Assembly: GCA_964016885.1 (NCBI GenBank)
Contig: OZ024748.1
Coordinates: 44,764,001 to 44,828,000, forward strand
Length of the DNA: 64,000 nt
From: Eledone cirrhosa
Lineage: Eukaryota
Reading direction: 5' to 3'
Under the pieces are notes generated by a model. It had not been told where the DNA came from. It ran no database searches and was given only the letters and a program-made list of their open reading frames with translations. Position numbers and translations under genes: made by a program. Positions 13,887 through 24,763 of the stretch are shown one piece after another. Position 1 is the first letter of the stretch. The number at the start of each line of letters is the position of its first letter.

Positions 13887-14050
13887 TGTGGTTGGCATTA
13901 GGAAGGGCATCCAGTCATAGAAAACCAGCCAGAAACAGTCCTATATAAGCGAGACATGGTTACCCTATCCAACTTGCCTCAAATGGGACACACCCATCTA
14001 ACCCATGCTAGCGTGGAAGATAGATGTTAAATGATGATGATGATGATGAT
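13887..14050 (+). mobile_element. RTE-type 3' tail terminating array 2
   Basis: GTGGTTGGCATTAGGAAGGGCATCCAG...CTTGCCTCAAATGGGACAC...AACCCATGCTAGCGTGGAAGATAGATGTTAAATGATGATG is colinear with 54841-55000. Confidence 0.9.
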
Positions 14051-14629
14051 ATATAGTTGTAGGGAGGATGGGTGGGGGTTGATTAACTGATTTCATCACT
14101 TCTTCACTAAGCATCTAATATGTTTCAAAACATATTTATTTATTTAATGTTTGATATATAATGTGGGTAACTGTAGAGGTATTATTTCTAGTATCACCAT
14201 CATTGTCTTCATTATTGTAAACAGTGTTGTTGTTATTGCTGTTATTGTTGTTGTTGTTGGTGTTGACCATAACAGTGGTAATACCACCATCATCAAAGCA
14301 AGCCACAACGCCTTGCCTATTCTGTCCTCTTTGCTAGACTTACTAGTACCAGAGTTGCTCTGACTAATGGCAAAGGAAATGTGATGAGTAGAAGAACTAA
14401 GGACTACAGAAGAAGTAAGAGACCACAAGCTGAGAAGTACCAGTAAATCTCTCAACAATTTAGTATAGGAACTTTACTGGGAGCTTACAAAATCAACCAA
14501 TGAGAAGTCTGATACAACTACTACTAGAACTTATTAAGGAATCCATATGTCTGCTGGCATCACAACTGGATGATAATACATGACCAGCGACATATCCTAA
14601 TGATTGTATAACTACACCTATGATTACAT

Positions 14630-14684
14630 AAGCACCTGATGAAGTCACATGAATAACAATGTAACAGAAATATATATCATACAA
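14630..14684 (+). ncRNA. Hammerhead ribozyme motif (stem I degraded) in an about 150-bp element (14575-14725)
   Basis: CUGAUGA-A-GUCACAU/AUGUAAC-A-GAAA-UAUAUA-UC. A homologous element lies on the minus strand at 17225-17370. Confidence 0.55.
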
Positions 14685-15005
14685 TAAACAATTATGGTGA
14701 AATAACCCCATCTTAACTACTCTTATTTGATATATATATATAGAGAGAGAGATATATATATATCTATATATATCTATCTATATATATATATATATATGAA
14801 AACAGGGAGAAAAAGACGATTATTAGGAAGAAAAATATATTTTTTTCCCTTTTTATTTCTTTCTCTCTTTTTTTCTGGGTTAGAAAACGATTAAAACGAA
14901 ATATTTTACTTTGTGTGAAGTGTTAAGGTATTAGTTAATTTATTTATTAATTAACAATCGCATTTATTTATTTATTTATATATTTTATATATATATATAT
15001 ATACA

Positions 15006-15043
<38 letters not shown>

Positions 15044-15259
15044 CTTGGAAAATAGTAAAATAGTTAATAAGATGAAAAAATATAACAAAATTAAAAATAG
15101 AAAGAATTTATTTGTTTTGTTTGTTCACCTGAAGCTGTTTGAAGCGGTGTGTGTCGTGTTCAGGGATGTGTGGTGTATCGCTGTCTGTAGAATTGTTGGA
15201 AAAATAACAGCAGAGTTCTGACGAAACAGTTTACTGAAATTATAGAAGAATTAGATAGA

Positions 15260-15610
15260 ATGAGTGAGAGTGAGTGAGTGAGTATGGGTGAGTGAGTGGT
15301 AGATAAACTGAGTGAGCGAGTGAATATAGGTGAGTGTGGGTAAGTGTTTGAGTGAGTGTAGGCAAGTAAGTGCAGGTGAGTGTTGGCAAGTAAGTGTAGG
15401 TGAGAGTGAGAGAGTGAGTGAGTATGGGTGAATGAGTGGGAGATAAATTGAGTGGGCGAGTGAATATAGATGAGTGTGGCTAAGTGTTTGAGTGAGTGTG
15501 GGCGAGTAAGTGTAGGTGAGGGAGTGAATGTGGGTAAGTGGGAGATACATTGAGTGGGTGAGTGAGTGTGGGTGATTGAGTGTAGGTGAGTGAGATTGAC
15601 TGAGTGCAGG
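15260..15610. repeat. Degenerate (GAGT/GTG)-rich minisatellite
   Basis: Recurrent GAGTGAGTG..GGTAAGTG motifs with an internal duplication of about 130 bp. Confidence 0.7.
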
Positions 15611-15704
15611 GTAAGCGTTACCATTAAGACCAACTAGACATCCATCTAGGGAGGGTGCCGGCCTCAGAGAGAGAGAGGGTGTATATGTGTGTGTGAGAAA
15701 GCAT

Positions 15705-15872
15705 ATCATCATCACCATCATCATCATCATCATCATCATCATCGTCATCATCATCACCATCATCACCATCATCACCATCATCACCATCATCACCATCATC
15801 ATCATCATCACCATCATCACCATCATCATCATCATCATCATCATCACCATCATCACCATCATTGTCATCATC
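15705..15872. repeat. (CAT/CAC)n microsatellite
   Basis: Direct reading. Confidence 0.95.
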
Positions 15873-15930
15873 AGTTCTATATCTGCTTCTCCATACTTGC
15901 ATGAGTTGGTTGAATTCTCTCCAGTCACAG

Positions 15931-16300
15931 CATTTGACCTCTTGTTACATACATTTGACCTCTTGTTACATACATTTGACCACTTGTTACATACATTTCA
16001 CCTCTTGTTACATACATTTGACCACTTGCTACATACATTTGACCTCTTGTTACATACATTTGACCACTTGTTACATACATTTGACCACTTGTTACATACA
16101 TTTGACCACTTGTTACATGCATTTGATCTCTTGTTACATACATTTGACCACTTGTTACATACATTTGACCACTTGTTACATACATTTGACCTCTTGTTAC
16201 ATACATTTGACCACTTGTTACATACATTTGACCTCTTGTTACATACATTTGACCACTTGTTACATACATTTGACCACTTGTTACATACATTTGACCTCTT
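15931..16300. repeat. 21-bp minisatellite, about 17 copies
   Basis: Unit CATTTGACC(A/T)CTTGTTACATA. Confidence 0.95.
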
Positions 16301-16319
16301 CTCGTCCAGTCCCAACATA

Positions 16320-16510
16320 CTGAGATCAGCTCCCATTACTTCTGTCCAGATACTTCTGTAATCTTTGGTCTTCCTATTCTGTGGCTTCCCTCCACTCAGA
16401 ATTCCTTGCATTTATACACCCAACAAACAACATCCATACGTATTACATGTCGATACCAGCACAACTGTTTCTCTTATATACTATATATGATTCCTTTTTT
16501 CCTCTCAACT
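16320..16510 (-). mobile_element. Old RTE LINE fragment (ORF C-terminus)
   Basis: Reverse strand resembles the WYRHVIRM...GR.K..W region of the RTE at 54420-54550. Degenerate. Confidence 0.55.
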
Positions 16511-16667
16511 CATCCGTGTTTCATGGGCGTTAATATTACACTTCTATATATATATATGTATAACGATAAATATGTATATCTGTATACATGTATATCTATA
16601 TATGTACATCTGTATATTTGTATATATATATATTTGTATATCTCTATCTCTCTCTCTTTCTCTCTCA

Positions 16668-16709
<42 letters not shown>

Positions 16710-16740
16710 ATCTATCTATCTATCTATCTATATATATATA

Positions 16741-16856
16741 AATGAATTATTTCCGTAGGAAAGGTAAAGGAAAAGAGAGTGCTCTATGTAGGCTACAGAG
16801 CTTTTTAGTTATGCAATAAACAACATAATTATCTTATGTTGTTTATTACATAACTA
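16741..16856. repeat. Short dispersed element with terminal 23-bp inverted duplication
   Basis: Homologous to 848-940. Arms at 16806-16828 and 16834-16856 (1 mismatch). Confidence 0.75.
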
Positions 16857-16860
16857 TCTA

Positions 16861-16901
<41 letters not shown>

Positions 16902-17129
16902 TCTCCTCACTACTTTTCCCCTTTTCTTCTTTTCTTTCCCTCCTGGGCGTTTGATTGATAAAAGGCCTTGGGTGCTCTGCTGATCGCTTTTAGATGTCCT
17001 GTATTAGGCGCCGATCTCGGTTTTACAGCTGATGAAGGATTTTTTTTCTTCTCCTGTTTCGTACATACTACCATCTTAAACTTTGTTTACAGTAACCACA
17101 CACCTCCTTTCGTTTCTTATATATATATG

Positions 17130-17226
<97 letters not shown>

Positions 17227-17264
17227 GTAGTTAAGACGGGATTAAATCACCATAATTGTTTATT

Positions 17265-17315
17265 ACGTTATATATATTTCTGTTACATGTTTATTCATGT
17301 GACTTCATCAGATGT
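17265..17315 (-). ncRNA. Hammerhead ribozyme motif
   Basis: Minus strand: ACAU-CUGAUGA-A-GUCACAUG/CAUGUAAC-A-GAAA-UAUAUA-UA-ACGU. Confidence 0.6.
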
Positions 17316-17424
17316 TTACGCAATCATCGGTGTAGTTATGCAATAATTGTGATATGTCGGTCGCCATGCACGTCCATCCATCAGGATGGATTCAGTTAGA
17401 AACTGGTTGGATCAGCTCTAATAA

Positions 17425-17760
17425 CTTTTGTCCAAATCTTCCTTGGCCTTCCTTTACTGCAGCTTCCTTCCATGAGATTTCTTTGCCCTTCTCCATATGC
17501 ATCACATGTCGATACCAGCACAGATTTCTTTCGTACACATTACATCTGATTCCTCTTATATTCAGTATTTCTTTAGCTCAACCATGCCCTGTCGTTCATG
17601 CACATTAACAATGCACATGCATCGGAACGTGCTTGCTTCAGTTTTCTCTAGCCTTCATATTTCCCCTGCATTCACTGCTCATCTCTCTCTACCATGCAGC
17701 ATCATACTTTGCACACAAGCATCATAGAGTCAACTATGATTTCAGAGAGAGAAACCTTTT
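17425..17760 (-). mobile_element. Old RTE LINE fragment
   Basis: Reverse strand shows IRGIRC...WYRHVMHMEK...GRPRK-like remnants with indels. Confidence 0.6.
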
Positions 17761-17820
17761 GTTGTCAACAGAGCTAGTAACTTTACACACACATACACAC
17801 ACACACACACATATATATAT

Positions 17821-17873
<53 letters not shown>

Positions 17874-18658
17874 TATATATATGTGTATGTGTGTGTATGT
17901 GTATATATTTACATATATTTACCCAAACTGCGATTCTGTGTTTTTCTCTCTCTCTTACTGTTCCCCCATTCTCTCTGTTTCTCCTACTTTCTTTCGCCCC
18001 CCCCCCTGTCATGTCAGTTAGCTCTTCCTCACACTTTCACTCACTCACTGTTTTTCCTCTCTTTGCTTCATCCTGTACACGACGAAAGCTATATTTTTCT
18101 CTCTTCTCACATGGCCCTCGTTCGTGTCAGGTCTTTTTTCTAAAGCGCTCATATATTCACCTAGCTTATGCTAAACAGAATAATTATGAAGCTTGTTTCA
18201 TTCCCCTACGGTTAGCTATACTCTTTGTTGTTCTCCTGTCTCACTCGCTTTACGCGTTTTAATTGTCCTAATAACTTATTTTAGTTATTATTGCACCGAC
18301 GTGAGGTATATGATTTTTAATGCAATGAAATATCTATGATCGTCGGCAAATCACTGATGAGGGACTCATTTTATTACATGTTATCCATGCGCTACCTGCA
18401 GTATTTTTCTCCATATTTTATTATATATATATATATATTAATAAATGGAAAGATGGACACACGCGTATAACTTGCTGAGTAAGTTCTGTTTAAATTTTTA
18501 TAGAAATTCTTGTCTGATAACTTTAATTTTTGTACCATTTTGTAGAGGGACTGCCAGGTCAAACTTTGATCTGGTCAGTCTCTCAAAATATTCTACGCCT
18601 TTAGGCGAAATAGTTAAAAAAAAAGTTTTTTCTTGTTGAAAAGTCAATATTTTTTTAA

Positions 18659-20446
18659 ATGGCCGAAGCTTCTTCACCAAAATTCGAAGGAGGAAAGGGG
18701 AAGATGAACTTACAGCTTCCCCCTGCCACTGTCACAGTAGCAGAGGTCAAGAAGATAGGTCAGCCAGAGGAAGAATTCTCTCCACCTGTTAACCGACAAC
18801 TTGACGTTGCCATGGCAACAACCCAAAGAACCAGCAGCAACAGCAACAACAACAACAATGCGACGGACGAAAACAACACCAATAACAATAACAATAACAA
18901 CAACAAGACCAATAACGGTGACAACAACAACAATGATAACAACAACACCACCAACGACAACAACAACACAAACAAACAAAATTTCTCCTTCGCCGAGACG
19001 ACAAGGAAAACCCTCGACTATCTGCCAGTAGATATAACAAAAGCGAAGGAGCTACTGGCGGATGCGAAAAAATATATAGTGTACGGGGAAAATGGTTCAT
19101 TCACAATCCATTCCTCCCCGGAACTAAAAAGCCAGAGACTCCTAAACACGGTCATGTTTAGGACAATCTCGAACAAAAGTAAAAAACCAGCTCAACCATC
19201 ACAGAGCGAGATAGAGCTGGTTTTAAAAGACGTCATGAAGGACATCACCTTCATTCAGAAGGATAGACTCTACGGGAGTCTATCCATTCTCATGAAGGAC
19301 AGGGACACAGCAGTGAAACTGTCCATCAAACCAATCACATCCACCGCATACACCTTCTACCCTACGTACATGGGTAGAAGAACACAAAAAATAAAAATCC
19401 ACACCATCCTGCCGATTATGGACATATGGTGGGTTTTGACAGGTTTTCTGGACCTGGAGGATGACATGCTGGTGTCCATGGGAAAGGCATCGGGTGACGC
19501 GTTCAGTGGAACGAGCCTCGAACTTGTAGTTCAAATGAGGCCCGAAAGGATCGCCCAGATCCCTGAACGCGTCATACTGGATGATCTAACCTTCATCAAC
19601 ATTACCGTTGAGGGTAGACGGCCCTCGTGTTACCTCTGCGGAACCAGAGGTCACCTGAGGGCTGTCTGTCCCCAACTTAATAAGAAAACCCCAATCCTGC
19701 CTACACCACCAACAACTGTACAACCAACACAATCACCACAACTACCACTACAAAAACAACCACCACAGCTCAAACCAAAACAAAACAATGTCCAACCCAT
19801 CCCCTCCACTCAAAAAACAAAAACAATTTCCAAAACACCCGTACCGCAAACACAACCCGAAAATATACCCCTCCCCTCCAACGCGGAAGATGACCCTAGT
19901 TCGTCGTCAGACGAGGAGGAGCACTTCCACACAATCAAAAGAAAAAAAAGAAAACACACCTCAGACACACAAATGAAAAAAACCCCTCCCCAAAACATAA
20001 CACAGACACCAACACAAAAGAGCTCACAACAGCAAACAAAAAACACCACACAAAAACAAAAACATGCATACACATACATAAATACAAGAAACAAAAAACT
20101 GTTAAACATTGTGTACAACAACAATCTAATAAAAACACAAGGGCCTAACTTCACCCAGGCAGGGGATTTCCCCCACCTCAAAATGATTAAGGCCCCACAG
20201 GACACCTATAAAACTTTAAAAAACAATTTTAAAGAGGACGTGGGTCCCCCCTGCGTCGGGCCCATTAACCGCGTCCTCCTAAAAAACTATCCCACCCCCT
20301 CCCCAAACACCCTCACAACTCCAAGCTCCCCAACCACACAACACACTGATGCCCCCACACTTCCACAAACCACCACCCCACCCAACAACCCATCCCCCAC
20401 CCTAATGGAAATTGTGCAGCCCGATACCCGGGACGCAGAGAGGTAA
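18659..20446 (+). CDS. Tx1 ORF1p, nucleic-acid-binding protein with CCHC zinc knuckle
   Basis: 595 aa. Contains CYLCGTRGHLRAVC (CX2CX4HX4C), a poly-Asn tract, a Pro/Gln/Thr-rich region and a basic KRKKRK motif. Confidence 0.9.
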   Translation: MAEASSPKFEGGKGKMNLQLPPATVTVAEVKKIGQPEEEFSPPVNRQLDVAMATTQRTSSNSNNNNNATDENNTNNNNNNNNKTNNGDNNNNDNNNTTNDNNNTNKQNFSFAETTRKTLDYLPVDITKAKELLADAKKYIVYGENGSFTIHSSPELKSQRLLNTVMFRTISNKSKKPAQPSQSEIELVLKDVMKDITFIQKDRLYGSLSILMKDRDTAVKLSIKPITSTAYTFYPTYMGRRTQKIKIHTILPIMDIWWVLTGFLDLEDDMLVSMGKASGDAFSGTSLELVVQMRPERIAQIPERVILDDLTFINITVEGRRPSCYLCGTRGHLRAVCPQLNKKTPILPTPPTTVQPTQSPQLPLQKQPPQLKPKQNNVQPIPSTQKTKTISKTPVPQTQPENIPLPSNAEDDPSSSSDEEEHFHTIKRKKRKHTSDTQMKKTPPQNITQTPTQKSSQQQTKNTTQKQKHAYTYINTRNKKLLNIVYNNNLIKTQGPNFTQAGDFPHLKMIKAPQDTYKTLKNNFKEDVGPPCVGPINRVLLKNYPTPSPNTLTTPSSPTTQHTDAPTLPQTTTPPNNPSPTLMEIVQPDTRDAER

Positions 20447-20470
20447 GTGCCTTTTCTCTTCACCACCAAC

Positions 20471-23400
20471 ATGGCTATGCTAAGAGTAGGCTGTTTAAAT
20501 GCGCGTGGCCTGGGCTCAACTTGGAAGCAAGCAATGCTTCTAAATGACCTCAGGTCACAACGTATAGATGTGATGGTTATTTGCGAGGCCCGGATCAGCA
20601 ACGTGCGACAGCTGGCCCCCACCTTTGATGACTTTGAGATGCACGCATCTCTCTGTCAGCCCGGAGGTGGGGGTGGAGTTGTCGTTCTGCTGCAAAAACA
20701 TCTGGGTCTCGCAACACAGATGGTACATTTGGACCCGGAGGGTCGACTAGTGGTTCTGGACCTTGGCAGTGGTAAAGGCGGAGCGTTTAGGTTGGTAGCC
20801 GCCTACGGCCCTTTCGGGTCAATGCGGCCGGACTTCTTCCATCGTCTGGAGACTTTTCTAGGGACGTCCCGCTCCTTGCTATTAGTGGGGGACTGGAATG
20901 GTATCCTAGATGCACGCTGGGACTACGTAGGGGCCTGCCCCGATAGAGAGGGGTGTAATAGCCTCAAAGGGTTAATCGGTCGATTTGACCTGGCCGATAG
21001 ATATCGACTAGATTTTCCGACTGCGCCAACCTGGACTTGGGCAAATCGTAGCGGATCATCTAGGTCGTACCTAGATAGGTTCTTAGTTAGAATTAAGGAT
21101 AAGGACTTTTTAAGTTGTCCAAAAATGCGCATTGTTGGCTATTCAGACCACAAATTAGTGACCTGCATGGTCAACCTTGACAGAACTCATAGACAGGGCC
21201 CCGGTTACTGGAAGCTCAACTTGTCCTTGCCGGCAAGTAGAGCCTACAGGAATCGGATTAGTACGTTAGTTAAGGAACGGTTGACTGGAGCGATCGTCAA
21301 CAGCAGGTGGTGGGTATCTCTAAAGAGAGAGATTAGAGTAGTCTCGATAGAATTTAGTAAGGTTCTAGCTGCGGATAGGAATAGGAAGGAAAGGGAGCTA
21401 ATAGATAGAGTAGAAGAGGCAATTAGAAGCGGCGACGTGGCCAGAGTGCTAGCGTCGAGAACGGCTTTGAGCCAGTATTTCGACGCGAAGCACGAAGGCT
21501 GCGTTGTCCGAAGTAAAATACGTGCTCTAGGGAACGAGGGGACCAAAGCTGTTAGCTGGGCCCGCGTGACAGAGGCCAACAGTGGAACTAAATCCACCAT
21601 CCGGTCTTTGCGAGACCTGGATGGACGGGCGATTCTTGAGCCTAAGCAGATGTGTGAGGCCTTTCAAAGGCACTTTGCCCGACTGTTCGGGAGGGGCGGG
21701 GAGCCGGTTGGGAACGTGGACTTCGGTCCATACCTCGACGGCCTGCCGCGCCTCTCGGACAGGGAGGCGAAGTCCTGCGAGGAGCCGATTTCGGCCGCTG
21801 AGATAGAGGACGTGCTGAGCCAATGCGGCAAACGCAAATCCCCGGGTCTCGATGGTCTTCCTTACGAATTATATCTAGCTATGCCGGACTTGTTCCCCGA
21901 TCTCCTCGAGGCGGTCTACTGCAACTGGCAACAGAACGGGAGAATTCCCTGTACTGTGACCAAGGGCGTAGTCACGCTAGTGAGGAAGGACGAGAACAAG
22001 GGGGACGAAATAAGTAACTTCAGGCCCATAACACTGCTAAATACAGAGTTACAGATTTTGGCCAAGGTGCTAGCAAAGAGGTTGGCGCTTGTCGTGGGCA
22101 ACCTGGTGGGAGATGCGCAGACATGCGCTATCCCGTCCAGGTCCATCCATGACAACCTCCACCTCATGCGATACATCATAGAGAGGGTTGGGAACGAACC
22201 CGGCTTTGGTGGGGCTCTGATCAACTTGGATCAATCTAAGGCGTTCGATAGGGTCGACCATGGTTACCTGGATGCGGTGCTAGCGGCGGCAGGCTTCGGA
22301 CCCGTTTTCAGGGGCTGGATCACTGCTATGCACAGCAGCCGCATCTGCTCTAGGGTCAAGGTGAACGGCTACCTCTCGGAGCCGTTCAAAATCGCGCGGT
22401 CCATCCGACAAGGGTGCCCTCTCTCCTCCCTTCTGTATGTGTTGACTCTCGAGCCACTACTGCGGAAGTTGGAGTTGTTGCAGGGCATCCCTTTGGAACC
22501 GGGATTGCGGAAAGCGGTGTCGGCCTACGCCGATGACGTGACAGTAATGGTGTCGACGGCCTCCGAAATCGAGGCGGTCGGCACCTTACTGGAGGAGTAC
22601 GAAAAGTTCACAGGGGCTAAGCTGAACCGGGACAAGTCGATCGGTTTGCAACTCGGCACGTGGAGGGGCAGACCGATGCCCTCCGATAGCGTCGTCGGAC
22701 GCTGGACGGAGGGCCCGGTGAAGTTGCTCGGGGTCTGGTTCGGACCGGACCTCCAGGTGGAGAAAAACTGGGCGGAGGTTACGAACAGGGTGTTTGCACT
22801 GACCCAGAAGTGGGCCAGTTGCAAACTATCCCTGAAAGGTCGGGCGGAGGTGGCGAACACCTACATAGCGTCCGTCATCTACTACCGCCTGACCGTAGTG
22901 CCCTGCCCAAGGGAAACCCTCACCAAGATGGAGCGCGCGCTCTTCCAATTCCTTTGGAAGAGGCGGGCTCCTATGGTGAGGAGATCCATCTGCTGTCAAC
23001 ACCCTTCGAAAGGAGGGCTGGGGATGCCGTGGCTAATGATGCGTAAACACGCATTAAGGCTACGGCACCTCTACGTATTCCTCACCGGACAACCGGTGTG
23101 GGCCTCGTTTGTGAGACGAACCTTTCCCAGACTCGTCTCACTCACCGAGCTGCAATCCTGGGTCAAGCAAAGACCGAGAAAACTGGGCGCCTGGCACACT
23201 GAGTGTGCCCAGGCGCTCACCGCCCTCTGGCAGGCGGATCCGGTTATCAGTGGAGACTCCACCGCAACATTCTATAGAGGGCTGGTACGCAGCAGGTGCG
23301 ACGACGCCCTCGGAGAAGCCCTAGACATGGAGGAGGACGAACTGGCCAGCCTGTTCGGTAGGACATTCAGCCCGGGACCTATGGACAACTTCCAGAAGTC

Positions 23401-23908
23401 CCTGGCCTGGCAGTGCTACCGAGGGGCTTTACCCGTTCGAGAAAGGCTCTACAGACACGGGCGCCCGGGTAGGGACCCCGCCAAAAAGATCTGTCCCAGA
23501 TGCGTGTGCGACGAGGAAACCGTTGCACACGCATTAGTACACTGCTCGGGCGTAGCCGATCTGTGGGGCTATGTCGAACAACTGCTGTCAAGGGTGGGAC
23601 CGATCCGGTTGACCACCGAGTCTATTGTAATGATCAAGCCGCCTCCCCCCTTCAAAGATGAAGCAGAGGCGGTGTTTCTGTGCGTAATAGCCATGGCGAA
23701 AGAGGTTGTATGGTGGACGCGTCTGAAAGGACTGAGGTCGGGCACCTTTCTCTCTGGCCAACAACTGGTCCATTTCTTCCGATATCATTTCGGAAGAAGG
23801 ATCAGGATGGAGAGAGAGGTGCTGCACCCCAGCCGTTTCTATGAAAGATGGGTGAAAGTGGCGAGAATGGCCCGTGTGAATGGGCCTTCACTCTACATCA
23901 GACTATAG
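20471..23908 (+). CDS. Tx1 ORF2p, APE endonuclease + reverse transcriptase + C-terminal Zn finger
   Basis: EN motifs LNARGL, GDWN, LDRF and SDH. RT motifs KSPGLDG, FRPITLLN, LDQSKAFDRVDH, IRQGCPLS and YADD. C-terminal CPRC..ETVAHALVHC. The first ATG at 20471 is in strong context (AACATGG). Confidence 0.96.
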   Translation: MAMLRVGCLNARGLGSTWKQAMLLNDLRSQRIDVMVICEARISNVRQLAPTFDDFEMHASLCQPGGGGGVVVLLQKHLGLATQMVHLDPEGRLVVLDLGSGKGGAFRLVAAYGPFGSMRPDFFHRLETFLGTSRSLLLVGDWNGILDARWDYVGACPDREGCNSLKGLIGRFDLADRYRLDFPTAPTWTWANRSGSSRSYLDRFLVRIKDKDFLSCPKMRIVGYSDHKLVTCMVNLDRTHRQGPGYWKLNLSLPASRAYRNRISTLVKERLTGAIVNSRWWVSLKREIRVVSIEFSKVLAADRNRKERELIDRVEEAIRSGDVARVLASRTALSQYFDAKHEGCVVRSKIRALGNEGTKAVSWARVTEANSGTKSTIRSLRDLDGRAILEPKQMCEAFQRHFARLFGRGGEPVGNVDFGPYLDGLPRLSDREAKSCEEPISAAEIEDVLSQCGKRKSPGLDGLPYELYLAMPDLFPDLLEAVYCNWQQNGRIPCTVTKGVVTLVRKDENKGDEISNFRPITLLNTELQILAKVLAKRLALVVGNLVGDAQTCAIPSRSIHDNLHLMRYIIERVGNEPGFGGALINLDQSKAFDRVDHGYLDAVLAAAGFGPVFRGWITAMHSSRICSRVKVNGYLSEPFKIARSIRQGCPLSSLLYVLTLEPLLRKLELLQGIPLEPGLRKAVSAYADDVTVMVSTASEIEAVGTLLEEYEKFTGAKLNRDKSIGLQLGTWRGRPMPSDSVVGRWTEGPVKLLGVWFGPDLQVEKNWAEVTNRVFALTQKWASCKLSLKGRAEVANTYIASVIYYRLTVVPCPRETLTKMERALFQFLWKRRAPMVRRSICCQHPSKGGLGMPWLMMRKHALRLRHLYVFLTGQPVWASFVRRTFPRLVSLTELQSWVKQRPRKLGAWHTECAQALTALWQADPVISGDSTATFYRGLVRSRCDDALGEALDMEEDELASLFGRTFSPGPMDNFQKSLAWQCYRGALPVRERLYRHGRPGRDPAKKICPRCVCDEETVAHALVHCSGVADLWGYVEQLLSRVGPIRLTTESIVMIKPPPPFKDEAEAVFLCVIAMAKEVVWWTRLKGLRSGTFLSGQQLVHFFRYHFGRRIRMEREVLHPSRFYERWVKVARMARVNGPSLYIRL

Positions 23909-24173
23909 GTGAGGAAGATGAAAGACCAAGGGAGCACCCCTTCTCTGTGCTCCTGAGGAGAAGGGTTGCACACTTTTTTCGGGGGTGTGTGCGACCCCCC
24001 AAGGCGCCTCCTCTCTATTGAGGATTTTGTTAAAAATTTTATTTTTTGTTATATCTTATTTTATTTTTATATTTTGTTATTGCCTCCTCCTTATTGAGGA
24101 CGCCTTTTTGTGTAAACTCCCCCCTTTGTACTTGTCCCACTTTTGATCCCCTAGTGGCAAATAAAAGAAATAT

Positions 24174-24343
24174 ATATTTATAAAACAATAATTATTTTAT
24201 TATATATATTTCAAGGGCAACCAAGGAAATCTTGGCGCGTTTTCATCAGATAAAAGCGCACCAAGAATGCCTTGGTTGTCCTTGAAATATATATAATAAA
24301 ATAATTATTGTTTTATAAATATAGTTTTCATTTATTAATATAT
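24174..24343. repeat. Palindromic hammerhead-bearing element (left arm interrupted by Tx1)
   Basis: Arms at about 24174-24238 and 24256-24323 are inverted. The rest of the right arm (to 24343) matches 18433-18451. Confidence 0.85.
24195..24255 (-). ncRNA. Minimal type-I hammerhead ribozyme motif
   Basis: Minus strand: UUUUAU-CUGAUGA-[AAACGCGCCAAG/CUUGGUUGCCCUU]-GAAA-UAUAUA-UA-AUAAAA. Same family as 614-674. Confidence 0.7.
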
Positions 24344-24433
24344 TGAATATTTACTCCAGTAAACTGTTGAGTGCTTTATACCAGTTATAAACTTTTAAGC
24401 TTGTTGGAATCCCAACAAATTAAATATAACTTC

Positions 24434-24468
<35 letters not shown>

Positions 24469-24589
24469 TACATTAAGGGGACGTTTGAAACAGTTCAAAT
24501 TTTTCCAATAGAAAAAGACCAAAAGAAAGAAAAAGATGAAAGAACTGAAATATTTCTGGAGCCAGTGGGATTATGGTGTAAGGATGTGA

Positions 24590-24590
24590 A

Positions 24591-24681
<91 letters not shown>

Positions 24682-24718
24682 TATATATATATACCTATAT
24701 ATATATACATACTTACAT

Positions 24719-24763
<45 letters not shown>

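Larger units (their letters stand above)
18452..24170 (+). mobile_element. Full-length Tx1-clade (L1 group) non-LTR retrotransposon
   Basis: About 200-bp 5' UTR, intact ORF1 and ORF2, about 260-bp 3' UTR ending AATAAAAGAAA. Boundaries are set by comparison with the empty site at 575-610 and the inverted arm at 24311-24343. Confidence 0.93.

Noticed and set aside
17029-18370. CTGATGA at about 17029 and 18354
   Set aside because: There is no downstream GAAA/UH. At most these are truncated remnants.
23950-23985. CTGAGGA in the Tx1 3' UTR as a hammerhead
   Set aside because: The stem is followed by GGGG rather than GAAA.
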